From NCBI GenBank assembly GCA_963662275.1, contig OY759316.1:640001-704000 (forward strand): DNA of 64,000 nt. Reading direction: 5' to 3'. A program made the position numbers and the translations under genes. This document shows positions 30,301 to 39,360 of this stretch, piece by piece (position 1 is the first letter of the stretch; each line of letters opens with the position of its first letter). Source of the DNA: Candidatus Cloacimonadales bacterium. GTDB lineage: Bacteria; Cloacimonadota; Cloacimonadia; Cloacimonadales; DAONDQ01. The notes beneath the pieces were generated by a model that saw nothing but the letters and a program-made list of their open reading frames with translations, had not been told where the DNA came from and made no database searches.

Positions 30301-32119
30301 AAGGCAGCTTTTCTTTCAAGGGGATTCTCAATTCAAATGCTCTACAATCCAAGTTACTGTAATACTTGTGAAGAGAAAACAACTCTTCAATATTCGGTAT
30401 GTAACTGATGTATTTGATATCAGTAATGTCATCGTGGAACCAAGAAAAAATGGATTTATCGTTTTCTAATCTTTCTGCAATATCAATTAACTTTCCCTGG
30501 TAATTACTATTGATAATCTGATTCCGAGTCGATTGTTCTTTAACACTCAGCCATTTATTAGTTGTTTCCGCTTTCTTTTCATTATTATCAGTTAATTTAG
30601 AAGAAAGCTGAGCAATTAGTTTTTTACTTTCTCCAATATTTGCATCAGCAATTTTAGCGTTAATTTCATTCACGCTTGCTTCAAGTTCTTTTACTGATGA
30701 AGAATCTCCGCTTAACAGATTGACTGTCAGACTCTGAAACTCTGGAGGTAACTTATCTTTCAGTACTTCTAAGGCTCTTTTCGTATAAGCAGTCACAAGG
30801 ACTTTTTTCCCATTTGCCAACAAATGACAGATGAGATTAGCTATCGTGTGTGACTTTCCCGTCCCGGGAGGACCTTGAACAAGAACTTTATTGTTCATTC
30901 TTGTTTTTTTAACGATTTCAATTTGCTCATTATTGTATTTTTTAGGGAAATATATAGTATTATCACTCTCTATAAAATGCGTGTTTTCTATACGATCTGG
31001 ATTATCAGGATCATCTTTCGCCTGGTCATCAGTGATAATGTCATTTAGAGAAGGTATATCTATGTTATCAGGAGACGAACTAATTTGAGAAATGATATTA
31101 GCATACATAGCAGTAAAACTTCTTGTATCTCGTTTCCTCATAAGCAGTGCAGGAGCGAAATATACAGTTGGTTCAACTGGTATTACCTTGGGTTTGGCTT
31201 GTTCATTCTTAAATTGACAATCAGCTCTTAATCTTTCGGAAAAAAACTGAATTGTATTGGTAAATTGATTATCAAAGATATCATCAGTTAGTTTTTCATC
31301 ATCAATATGTTGTTTTGTAACATTCTCAGCATCAACGATCGTATTACTGTCGAATTGTGTTGGTAAATCAATAATTGCATCTGTTTCTATCTGGAGTTTA
31401 CCATCAGGACTTGAAGTGACGCAAATATATGTTTCGTTATTTGAAAAATCGAAAGTAACTTCTGCCTTTAAAGTAAATAAATGCCTGCATATTCTTGGCG
31501 TATCATTATTCTCATGAAATGCCAAAAGACCGATACCAAATACTAATTCGAATTCTTCACCGAATTGTTGTACTTTATTGAAAATACTAAAAAACCTTTT
31601 GTAAATTTCACTTTGAAGATCAAACTCACTTTGAAGTTTATTGTATTGGGCACAAACTTCTTTATATGCCCTTCTATCTAACGATAATTGATTGTTAAGA
31701 TATTTCTGAAATTCTGCTACCACTTCCGGTTTTTCCGTTATATTAATCAAAATCCCATCATCTTCAATATTCTGTTTTAAAAATGGTATTTTACTCTCGT
31801 CAATAAGACTTGCAGAATCAATCCATTGAGTAAGGGTTGAACTCAATTTTGGATATGATGGTCGTTGAGGCTCATTTCTGGGTTTGTTTATCTTCAATAA
31901 ATAGTCAGAATCAGAATCATAGTTTGGAAAAGTAAAACAATCAAAAATTTCGACAATGGGAATGTCTGATAACCAAATAATCTCTGGATATTGGGTCTGT
32001 GCATTTTCAATATCCCTTACCGGTTTACTCCTTAATTTTGAAAACTCAAGCAAGTAATTGAATATCTGTAAGTATTTTGCCTTGTTATCATTTCTATCAG
32101 CATTATCAAACCGTTTCAT
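27368..32119 (-). CDS. Upf1-like SF1 helicase fused to a C-terminal Vsr/DUF559-like restriction-fold nuclease
   Basis: QGPPGTGKS, IIDEASQ, VGDDKQ, EHFRC, FQGDERD and RFNVAMSRAK; then ESWFE..YRIDLV..IAIECDG..FH..RQKVLERCGW. Confidence 0.9.
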   Translation of the reverse strand: MKRFDNADRNDNKAKYLQIFNYLLEFSKLRSKPVRDIENAQTQYPEIIWLSDIPIVEIFDCFTFPNYDSDSDYLLKINKPRNEPQRPSYPKLSSTLTQWIDSASLIDESKIPFLKQNIEDDGILINITEKPEVVAEFQKYLNNQLSLDRRAYKEVCAQYNKLQSEFDLQSEIYKRFFSIFNKVQQFGEEFELVFGIGLLAFHENNDTPRICRHLFTLKAEVTFDFSNNETYICVTSSPDGKLQIETDAIIDLPTQFDSNTIVDAENVTKQHIDDEKLTDDIFDNQFTNTIQFFSERLRADCQFKNEQAKPKVIPVEPTVYFAPALLMRKRDTRSFTAMYANIISQISSSPDNIDIPSLNDIITDDQAKDDPDNPDRIENTHFIESDNTIYFPKKYNNEQIEIVKKTRMNNKVLVQGPPGTGKSHTIANLICHLLANGKKVLVTAYTKRALEVLKDKLPPEFQSLTVNLLSGDSSSVKELEASVNEINAKIADANIGESKKLIAQLSSKLTDNNEKKAETTNKWLSVKEQSTRNQIINSNYQGKLIDIAERLENDKSIFSWFHDDITDIKYISYIPNIEELFSLHKYYSNLDCRAFELRIPLKEKLPSARNLMEYCEIQNALKEKYQGKARDVIIESNDYEQLLNHLSDLKEVFINIERIAFILKSEIINDYPKNLGHWSERVSKTNSLINEHPIQRLLEFERDYIITYPNHKDITQLKADALALLNFQNLGNKLSGMIYKLKKHLLSKDIKERLYFIEAVIVNGSQCDTVSEFKTVLEDLRIKQDIAELNILWSNPFDKSDKSYSKTIQSYIQLNQELSNLLNLFKTAYDLKSRIEPFIALDFGNLNTAKINETINYVDHSRLLSFEKEYKRNYELAIKYLSNERNHPLAKDLIKDLTDIVCENYADHLSQIDTLNHESIAYHNFIKLQDLLKQSFPRLVQDILSGTFESKNLGSLNSAICFKHAYSMISELMKDDIEEKLTNEINEFDLKEERLITQLSSNKAWLHVLESLNSNPQLRKHLSAWVLAVAKIGKTGRGPRAIKFRKQAQKEMEDCKDSIPCWIMPLYKVTEAITPMQGMYDFVIIDEASQLGADAIFLLYISKNIIIVGDDKQTNPEYVGINQNQMDPFIVKHLHDIPRSQLFGIEYSLFDFAKVVCNGMTVLREHFRCMPEIIEFSNKHFYSPEKKGLYPLRQYSENRLPPLMTEFCQTGNKEGEGQNIVNKVEAESIANKMLELISKPEYNEKTFGVIALQGSAQASIIERLLISKLGENEFNARKIICGNSASFQGDERDIMFLSLVTAHNHQRSALTGANDERRFNVAMSRAKDQVWLFHSVMLEDLSNANDLRYKLLDHFLNYRPKQIMETKNVPRQHGNQPQPYESWFEVDVYNDIVDSGYNVIPQYEVAKGRYRIDLVVLLKDGTKIAIECDGDKFHDAERFMDDLMRQKVLERCGWNFFRVRGAEYYSNRIEALKPLWEMLEQYEAIAMPSTSASEKKDGEIDTILPKPDQPNKPKIEPEPEKKKPLKKLIEQNSQLELFPQELSTDEIREWDSATLHWSTVQKPGYKYARTKKAWWIKKEDLYR

Positions 32120-32652
32120 AAGGATCTCCTAAATGAAAGGACAACTTTGAACCAGAGGACATATATAATTCTCAATCCTTGAGAACCATTATGACTCCTT
32201 TTATATAATTATATATTTATACATAAATGACTAAGCGCAAGGTTTCTAATAATGTTGAATAACTGAAATGAGAGTATATATGTCAACAGAAATTGATATT
32301 GCTAATACTCTATGAATCCTTTGTCAAAAATATTATACCAATTAATATTGCTTTCTATTTTGAATTTAAAAGAATCGCGATTTATCTGTAAATTAAAGAG
32401 ATATAGCTCTGGAGCAGATTCGGGTCTTTTTCTATTTTACTTTCTATCTTATTTTCATGAAAGCACAAAAAAAACTTTATAATTAGTTTGACAGGAATTG
32501 GCAGTCTATTTTAACGTCTGCTTATTATTAAAAGAGCAGAAGGAAGTTGCAGCTTCCCCCTGCTTGATAAAACGAAAATGCGTGTAACATGGTCGTTTTT
32601 GTATTTCAAATGGCTAAATCAAATCGTTTTGTCAAGTAGTTTGTTCCGAAGT

Positions 32653-34298
32653 CTCACATCCCCCCGTTTTTCAAACCAGGTATTTTTAGCTGCTGATTAT
32701 CCAGCCATTTTCCTGCAAAAGGATTGAGCCTGTACCTTGTCACGGTGGCAAAACACATCTCTATCAGCATTGACAGACGATAATACACAAAGTCATATAT
32801 CTGCTTCCACTGTTTATTTGAGTATTTCATAAGATTTGGGAAGGCATCTAAAAATACGCCAGCATACTTTTTCAGAGAATACAGGTAGCACATAGCTAGC
32901 AGAAGCAGCTGGTTCATGTTTTTCAGACGGGTATATGATTTCAGTTGTATCTTTTCCCAACCATATTCCTGCTTGATATGGCGATGGACCTCTTCGATTT
33001 TCCAGCGTATGCGATACATCCGCAAAACCTTCTCCATGATAGCATTTTCCGTCAGATAAGGTTGTGTCGGAAAGTCGCAGATGAAATAGAAATATCCCTG
33101 TCTGCCACTAGCATCGGGACTGAACTGTGCAACAATAAGCCAGGCATCTGTAGTATCAGGGTATTTTACAGGGTAAGGATTCAAACGCAGCTTCACCCGC
33201 GTTAAACCACATTTTATCTGTTGTCCTGATTCTTGCAGATTGAATGTATGATCGAGTTTCACTGTCTTTGCCACTGCCATGAAGTTCTGTTCGCAGCCAT
33301 CCATGATAAGACTTCTTTCACCTGTTGATCTGATGATATAGCTTAGTCCATGTTCATGCAGAAAGCTGAATAGATTTCGGTTGTCAAAGCCACGGTCGAA
33401 AATAGTTACTCCACGGTTACCACTTGCAAGAATAATCCCCACTAGCCGGTCTTCCATGATCTGAGAGACGCTATCCAGTTCCATGTTTCGGGCTATCAGG
33501 TCTGAACTGATGGGTTTTATCTCATAGCCTGTACTGCCTGCCTGATAGGCAATTATATTCAGCAATGCATAGCCCTGCTGATCATGACTGCCGGTGCTGC
33601 CATCACGCACCTTCTGCAATCCCTCCATCTTTTTGGCTTTGGTTTTTACGATATCACTTTCATCAACTATGATGCCTGTCTCATCATCAAAACCCTGGCA
33701 CTGATGCCTAATTATTTCCGCTTGCAGCTTATCTCCTAAGGGCTTCTTATTCAAATGTCGGGTGAAACGTTCGCAGAGCTTTTTAACCGTGATTGGTTCA
33801 TTTAGCTGTTTCGCTATTTGGAGCATAATTACAGATTTACTTTTCAGTATCCCTAAGCAGATATCCTGTATGAACTTATACACAGGTAGAGATTGCGTTT
33901 CTCTAAAATTATTCAGAAATTGTAACAATTTTACTTGCAAGGTTTCTCTGGTTTTGATTTGCTTCTTATTAATCATGGGTGTCTCCTTCTTAGGTTTGGT
34001 TTAGTGCTTGAACAAAAGATCGGAGACACTTTTTTTGTACAGTTTTATTATGGACATTCTATATAGTTATCTTATTTTCTCACATAATTTTATAAGTTTT
34101 ATTAAAATACCTGCTTTTTGCTTTTACCGTGAAAACACAACTCTTCTGTTTACCGTAAATTACAAATTGCACTAGTTTCTGTTTAGGAGTTTTGACCAAC
34201 CAGTGATGTTAAACAGATTTTCAAAGTCGGCAAAACGTTTGACTGTTACTATAAACGCTTCTAAACTAATTGTTAAGAAAATTACGGGGGGATGCCTG
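32653..34298 (-). mobile_element. IS4-superfamily insertion sequence with a 14-bp target duplication
   Basis: Ends c-tca-catccccccgt and acggggggatg-cct-g; direct repeat gtttgttccgaagt at 32639-32652 and 34299-34312. Confidence 0.9.
32654..33976 (-). CDS. IS4-type DDE transposase
   Basis: VDESD, FDRGFD and YRIRWKIEEVHRHIK (YREK motif). Confidence 0.9.
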   Translation of the reverse strand: MINKKQIKTRETLQVKLLQFLNNFRETQSLPVYKFIQDICLGILKSKSVIMLQIAKQLNEPITVKKLCERFTRHLNKKPLGDKLQAEIIRHQCQGFDDETGIIVDESDIVKTKAKKMEGLQKVRDGSTGSHDQQGYALLNIIAYQAGSTGYEIKPISSDLIARNMELDSVSQIMEDRLVGIILASGNRGVTIFDRGFDNRNLFSFLHEHGLSYIIRSTGERSLIMDGCEQNFMAVAKTVKLDHTFNLQESGQQIKCGLTRVKLRLNPYPVKYPDTTDAWLIVAQFSPDASGRQGYFYFICDFPTQPYLTENAIMEKVLRMYRIRWKIEEVHRHIKQEYGWEKIQLKSYTRLKNMNQLLLLAMCYLYSLKKYAGVFLDAFPNLMKYSNKQWKQIYDFVYYRLSMLIEMCFATVTRYRLNPFAGKWLDNQQLKIPGLKNGGM

Positions 34299-34438
34299 GT
34301 TTGTTCCGAAGTGTACTTCTGTCCTGCAAAGGATGGTGAAAGAATTATTATTTAGTGTAACCCTTTAGCAAAACGGAATACTTCTATCTTGTAATTGATA
34401 ATTCATCGCTCGAAAGAGCTTAAAAAAGGAGAAAGACC

Positions 34439-34603
34439 ATGGATAAATGGGAATTCTACAAGGATAAAAATGTTGAATGGAGATGGAAATGTACAGCTCC
34501 AAATGGCAAAGAAGTAGGTGCTTCTACTGAAGGTTATAAAAACCGTTCGGATTGTGAAGCAAATGCCAGACGTTTTGGATATCCAGGCAATCTTAAACGC
34601 TAA
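34439..34603 (+). CDS. DUF1508/YegP-like small protein, 54 aa (MDKWEFYKDKNVEWRWKCTAPNGKEVGASTEGYKNRSDCEANARRFGYPGNLKR), not in the ORF track
   Basis: Manual translation; E.YKD...EWRW...A.NG..VG.S.EGY motif; AGGAG RBS. Confidence 0.85.
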   Translation: MDKWEFYKDKNVEWRWKCTAPNGKEVGASTEGYKNRSDCEANARRFGYPGNLKR

Positions 34604-34640
34604 CTTAAATGTCAGTTAAATCAACTGACATTACAAACTG

Positions 34641-34670
34641 AAAACCTCTATTGCAAAAAATAGAGGTTTT
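34641..34670 (+). terminator. Intrinsic terminator
   Basis: aaaacctctatt-gcaaaa-aatagaggtttt. Confidence 0.65.
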
Positions 34671-34712
34671 CTATTTTACTAAAATCTTTAATGTAAATTT
34701 GTTCAATTATCG

Positions 34713-34804
34713 TGTCACCCCTTGCAGGGTTCAAATCGATTGCGTATTTATATGTTTCCCATAGCTCACGCTATGGGCTAGCGGAGTTGCATCCTTCCAG
34801 GATT
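34713..34804 (-). repeat. Intact X site in reverse orientation
   Basis: Reverse complement reads aatcctggaaggatg...agcccatagcgtgagctatggg...tttga-accctgcaaggggt-gaca. Confidence 0.85.
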
Positions 34805-34948
34805 GGCAGAAGCTTCCAGCTAACAGCGTACAGCTTACAGTTTCAGAGCAGAACTAGCTCATCCGTCACTTCGTGCCACCTTCCCTTTACAAATGGGAAG
34901 GAAAAATACCTTCAGAAGAGAAAGTCTCAAATAAAATTAAGTAAGTTT

Positions 34949-34989
34949 CATCTAGGGATCATCTAGGGATCATCTAGGGATCATCTAGA
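34949..34989. repeat. 11-bp tandem repeat catctagggat (three full copies plus a partial)
   Basis: Directly visible. Confidence 0.8.
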
Positions 34990-35195
34990 CTTTCTTAGAT
35001 TTTCTTAGGTAGATACTTTCATCGAAGCTTTTTTCTTCATTTATTATCTTCTAAGAGACTTAGTAAACCTTTATTATTGATACTATAGAAGCTACACCTG
35101 CTGCTCTGTTTTTTTTCTGTAAACTTCTGCCAGTAATCTTTCTTGACACCGATTCAACGATATGTAATATTTATTCACCTTGTTTAGGAGGAAAT

Positions 35196-36431
35196 ATGCG
35201 CAGGTTCTGGATAACGATTTTCATACTTACAATCATCAGCTTAGTTTTTTCTACCGAAACGAAACTTACAGTTAAAAGAGAGAATTCAGTTCTTCGGGCA
35301 GCCCAGGGCTCCTATGCTCAAATTATCAAGAAACTCCCGATCGGTACATCTTTGGATTTGCTTGAATCTGATGACCCCTGGCTAAAAGTACAAGCCGGAA
35401 GTTCAGAAGGTTATGTCACGACCTCTATTATTACAGCTAAACCGCAGCGGAATAACGTTTTTGCTCAAATGGCAACGCAGCAGACAGGTACAACTGTATC
35501 CCGATATGGCATGTCTGCCGGTGTGAAGGGATTCGGAGAACGGTTCACAAAGGTTTTCAAAGGTGATCCTTCCTTCCTGGATTTGGCAATGACTTATCAA
35601 TTGGATGCAAGACAATACGAGAAATTTCGTAAAGATACATACAAAAGCGTTAGCATCAGAAAAATAAGAAAGTCGAATCCTTTGCCCGATAGGATAGATG
35701 TTGATTACTATACAGACGCTGAAACCGGATTTGGACTTGGCTTAGCTTCAGCCATTGCTTCGCAGGGCTTGTATAGAAATGAGCAGGTGATGCAATATGT
35801 GAATAATGTCGGAAACTTGGTTGTCGATGCCAGTGATGTTCCCGATGTTCAATTCAGATTCTTTGTCCTGGATATTCCTGCAGCAAATTCCTATGCCTGC
35901 CCGGGAGGAATCATTTTTATTACCAAAGGCATGTTGAAATATATTCGAAGCGAGGCTGAACTCGCTTGTATCCTGGGGCATGAAATCGCTCATGTCTCAC
36001 GCTTACATGGTGTGCAGGAAATTGCCAAGAGAAAGAACCAGATTGGTTCAGAAGAGGCATTTGCAGAACTCGATAAGGAATTACCACCTGAATCGGATCC
36101 TGAATTGGCAAAAACAGAGCAGGAACTGGAAGACGAATCTTTCAATATTTTTGAATATCTCATCCAGGGACGTTTAACGAAATATGAAGAAGAAGCTGAT
36201 AAACTTGGTCTTCTCTTTACCGCCAGGGCAGGTTATGACCCTCATGCGATACTGAACCTGCTTGAGCGGTTGGTTACTAACCCTATTCCCTCAAATAATG
36301 ATCACTATACTACTGAGAATCTACGAAATAGAATCGGTTGGATCACAAAGGATTTGGAGAAACATAATTATCCTGATAATCTCCTTCGTTTTCCGGATAG
36401 ATCAAATCAATATCTTTCTTCGTTGAAGTAG
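35196..36431 (+). CDS. Secreted M48-family metallopeptidase with N-terminal SH3 domain
   Basis: Signal peptide; WLKV..GYV SH3-like segment; NSYACPGG.IFIT.G, ELA.ILGHEIAHV, E.EAD and AGYDP. Confidence 0.9.
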   Translation: MRRFWITIFILTIISLVFSTETKLTVKRENSVLRAAQGSYAQIIKKLPIGTSLDLLESDDPWLKVQAGSSEGYVTTSIITAKPQRNNVFAQMATQQTGTTVSRYGMSAGVKGFGERFTKVFKGDPSFLDLAMTYQLDARQYEKFRKDTYKSVSIRKIRKSNPLPDRIDVDYYTDAETGFGLGLASAIASQGLYRNEQVMQYVNNVGNLVVDASDVPDVQFRFFVLDIPAANSYACPGGIIFITKGMLKYIRSEAELACILGHEIAHVSRLHGVQEIAKRKNQIGSEEAFAELDKELPPESDPELAKTEQELEDESFNIFEYLIQGRLTKYEEEADKLGLLFTARAGYDPHAILNLLERLVTNPIPSNNDHYTTENLRNRIGWITKDLEKHNYPDNLLRFPDRSNQYLSSLK

Positions 36432-36555
36432 TGAATAGTGGGGTGGTGTTCCCCCAGAATGCTTATAAATTAGCATTTACTTCATAACAAATTTCTGCTT
36501 CTATTGAAATCGGATTATACTTTTTATTATTAACAACGATAAAATAGGAGATAGC

Positions 36556-36900
36556 ATGAAAATCACACAATGGACATTACTCTGTGTTTTACTCTTCAGC
36601 ATTGTTTCCGCATTTGCAAACCCACCCAGCGCACTATCTGCAAATTTCGACCAGGAAAAAAGCCTGCTGACCTTCACTTTTACGCATGAATCAAAAGATC
36701 CGAACGCTCATTTTATATCTGATGTAAGTATCCGTTTGAATAAGACAGAGATTATTCACCAGACCTTAAGTAAACAAGATAAAGCAAATGGTGGAAGCCT
36801 GATCTATAAGATCATCGACGTACAACCAGGGGACAAGATCGAGATGACTCTAAAATGCAATAAGTTCGGTAAGCAGACATTTTTCCTGGATATCAAATAA
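36556..36900 (+). CDS. Small secreted beta-sandwich hypothetical protein
   Basis: Signal peptide; AGGAG RBS. Confidence 0.7.
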   Translation: MKITQWTLLCVLLFSIVSAFANPPSALSANFDQEKSLLTFTFTHESKDPNAHFISDVSIRLNKTEIIHQTLSKQDKANGGSLIYKIIDVQPGDKIEMTLKCNKFGKQTFFLDIK

Positions 36901-37169
36901 AAGCAGGTATAAAGAAGCTTCCAACTACCTGTTCATTCTGCTTCTATTTTCCGGTATTTCTCGTATAAGGATTTGAGCCAAAAGGATTGTCGTCAGAACT
37001 TGATGTATCTATTGGCATTTCAAAACAAACCCATGATGCCTTTGCCTTTGGTTTCAAGTATAATACCTGGAGTCATCAATTTACTTTGTCCGGATTGATA
37101 AAGATATTGACATTCCTACCTTCATTTGAAAAAAAAGATGTTATTGTTTAGTTCAAAATGAGGTTTTGC

Positions 37170-37598
37170 ATGGAAGATATCTCTTACAAAATAAGTGAAG
37201 TTTTCAATGAAGATGTTTTTCAGGAAATTGTAAATATCTGGCATAAGACTGGGGTGGGAAATCCTGCTCGTGGTGACAATTATGAAGTAGTGCAGCGAAC
37301 TATAGAGCAGGGTGGAAAAATACTTACATTATTGGAAAATGATACTATCATAGGTACGGTATGGCTAACTCATGACTTCCGCAGACTTTATCTTCATCAT
37401 ATGGCTATTCATCCTGACTGGCAAGGGAAAAAGCTTGCTCATTTCCTCTTGGAATCATCTTTAGATTATGCTCATAAACTAGGCTACCAGGCAAAACTGG
37501 AAGTCGATCGAAATAATCTACCCGCGAAGCATCTCTATAAAAAATACGGTTTCAAGGAACTGGGTGATTTTCTGGTTCTGATTAAAAGAGATGTTTGA
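37170..37598 (+). CDS. GNAT acetyltransferase (start 37158 or 37170)
   Basis: IHPDWQGKKLA and N..A..LYKKYGF motifs. Confidence 0.88.
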   Translation: MEDISYKISEVFNEDVFQEIVNIWHKTGVGNPARGDNYEVVQRTIEQGGKILTLLENDTIIGTVWLTHDFRRLYLHHMAIHPDWQGKKLAHFLLESSLDYAHKLGYQAKLEVDRNNLPAKHLYKKYGFKELGDFLVLIKRDV

Positions 37599-37649
37599 AG
37601 AAGGTGACAGGTTTCAGGTGCCAGGTACCAGTTTCAGAGAAGAATAGGA

Positions 37650-37761
37650 ATTCAGTAGGATCGGCATCCTACATAAAATCATGTAGGGATAGACCCATGT
37701 GTCTATCCAAGTGAATAATCATTTATTTTAGAAGAGGATAGACACATGGGTCTATCCCTAC
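37650..37761. repeat. Single copy of the array palindrome plus a GTAG-REP inverted doublet
   Basis: attcagtaggatcggcatcctac; gtagggatagacccatgtgtctatcc (37683-37708) with ggatagacacatgggtctatccctac (37736-37761). Confidence 0.85.
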
Positions 37762-37780
37762 TGAAGCAAGGGGAAAACAA

Positions 37781-38890
37781 ATGCACATTTTTTACTCACC
37801 AGTCAAGGTTTTGTACAGTCCGGATGGGCATATAGAAGGAAAAGAGATGATTACTACCCTCGGGAAGAAAGCGCTTATTGTAACAGGAGCTTCCTCAGCA
37901 GATCGATCAGGAGCATTATCTGATATTATCTCCATCCTGGATGTATTTCAAACTCATTTTGACATTTTTGACCGTGTAACTCCTAATCCTGAATTCTTGA
38001 TGATTGACCAGGGAGCTGAGTTCTGTCGCACCAAAGCATGTGACTTTGTGATAGGTATTGGAGGCGGAAGTGTCATCGACACAGCAAAGGCAATTGCGGG
38101 AGCAGTAGCGAATGATTTGCATGGTGATGATATTTGTGATGTTTCCTTGATCCGAGGTGCCCTTCCTATCGTGGCTGTCCCAACAACCGCAGGATCAGGT
38201 TCTTGTGTTACTCAATTCAGCGTCTTAACAAACAGGTTATCAAGAAAAAAAGCTGGTTTTGGTTCAGATTATTATTTTCCTAGATTTGCCATCCTGGATC
38301 CCATGTATACATTAACTATGTCAAGTACGGTCACAAGGGATACAGCAGTTGATGCCTTAAGCCATCTCCTGGAAGGAATATATTCCAATAAGAGAAATCC
38401 TCTCCTTTATCCACTTATCTATAAAGGAATTGAACTTATCTATAATCATCTCATTCATGCCCTTCGAATGCCCGACGATCTTGAATACAGGGACGCTCTG
38501 ATGAGAGCAGCTTATTATGGAGGATTGGTCATTTCTCAAACCAGCACGACTCTCCAACATTCTATCGGGTACCCTTTAACGACAGCGTATGGTATTTCAC
38601 ATGGTTTGGCTAACGGTATCGTAATGCAAAGTGTGATGGATCTATATTATCCTGTATTACAGCATGAACTCACTGATCTTTTTGATTATCTGCAGATTTC
38701 CCGAAATCAATTTTATGAATGGTTGAAGTTATTGAATTTATCTTTTGATGCTGAAATCGCAGATGACTTCGTTATGGAAAAAATAACGGAAGTCATGAAC
38801 AGTAGAAATATGGCTAATAATCCGCTTTCTGTGAGTACTGAGGATGTTAGGAAAATCTATCATTCTCTCAGTCATACAGATCCTTACTAA
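37781..38890 (+). CDS. Iron-containing alcohol dehydrogenase family protein
   Basis: [25 protein letters not shown] and H...HG metal ligands. Confidence 0.9.
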   Translation: MHIFYSPVKVLYSPDGHIEGKEMITTLGKKALIVTGASSADRSGALSDIISILDVFQTHFDIFDRVTPNPEFLMIDQGAEFCRTKACDFVIGIGGGSVIDTAKAIAGAVANDLHGDDICDVSLIRGALPIVAVPTTAGSGSCVTQFSVLTNRLSRKKAGFGSDYYFPRFAILDPMYTLTMSSTVTRDTAVDALSHLLEGIYSNKRNPLLYPLIYKGIELIYNHLIHALRMPDDLEYRDALMRAAYYGGLVISQTSTTLQHSIGYPLTTAYGISHGLANGIVMQSVMDLYYPVLQHELTDLFDYLQISRNQFYEWLKLLNLSFDAEIADDFVMEKITEVMNSRNMANNPLSVSTEDVRKIYHSLSHTDPY

Positions 38891-39360
38891 TTGTATTCTT
38901 GACCTTATCGATTACATTTTATACCATGATCGTAGGTTATGATTATTGATGTTTCTCTACTGAAGAGATGCAATACTAAATGATTTCTTCGAAAGAGATA
39001 CAATGCGGTTTGGGACGGGAAAATGGACGAAGTGCTTCCCCACTTCCCAATAGGTGTGTTTCTTTTCAGCTTTCCTAATGGGAGTGTAATTCATCCCTTA
39101 GCAGAGAATCAAACTCTCCCGGCTATATTTCGACTCCGCTCAGTAACCGCACCCTCCCTTTATCTGAAGGGAGGAATGAATACCAACTAAAAGCTTCTAT
39201 CAATAGAATAAGCAGAACATGGCAAATAATGCAACAACCACCGAAATTAATTCGACGTTCGAAACTACAAGCTAACAGCTTCTGCCATGTCCTCATTCAT
39301 TAACTTTGACAGAAATCCGCTTCCAAATAACTTGGTATCAAATAGAAATAGAAGGATTTA

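Noticed and set aside
32536..32565. Hairpin agcagaaggaag-ttgcag-cttccccctgct as a riboswitch or ncRNA
   Set aside because: A single hairpin with no recognisable family features; insufficient support
17169..34804. Classical integron with attC sites
   Set aside because: No tyrosine integrase in the window and X lacks RYYYAAC/GTTRRRY ends
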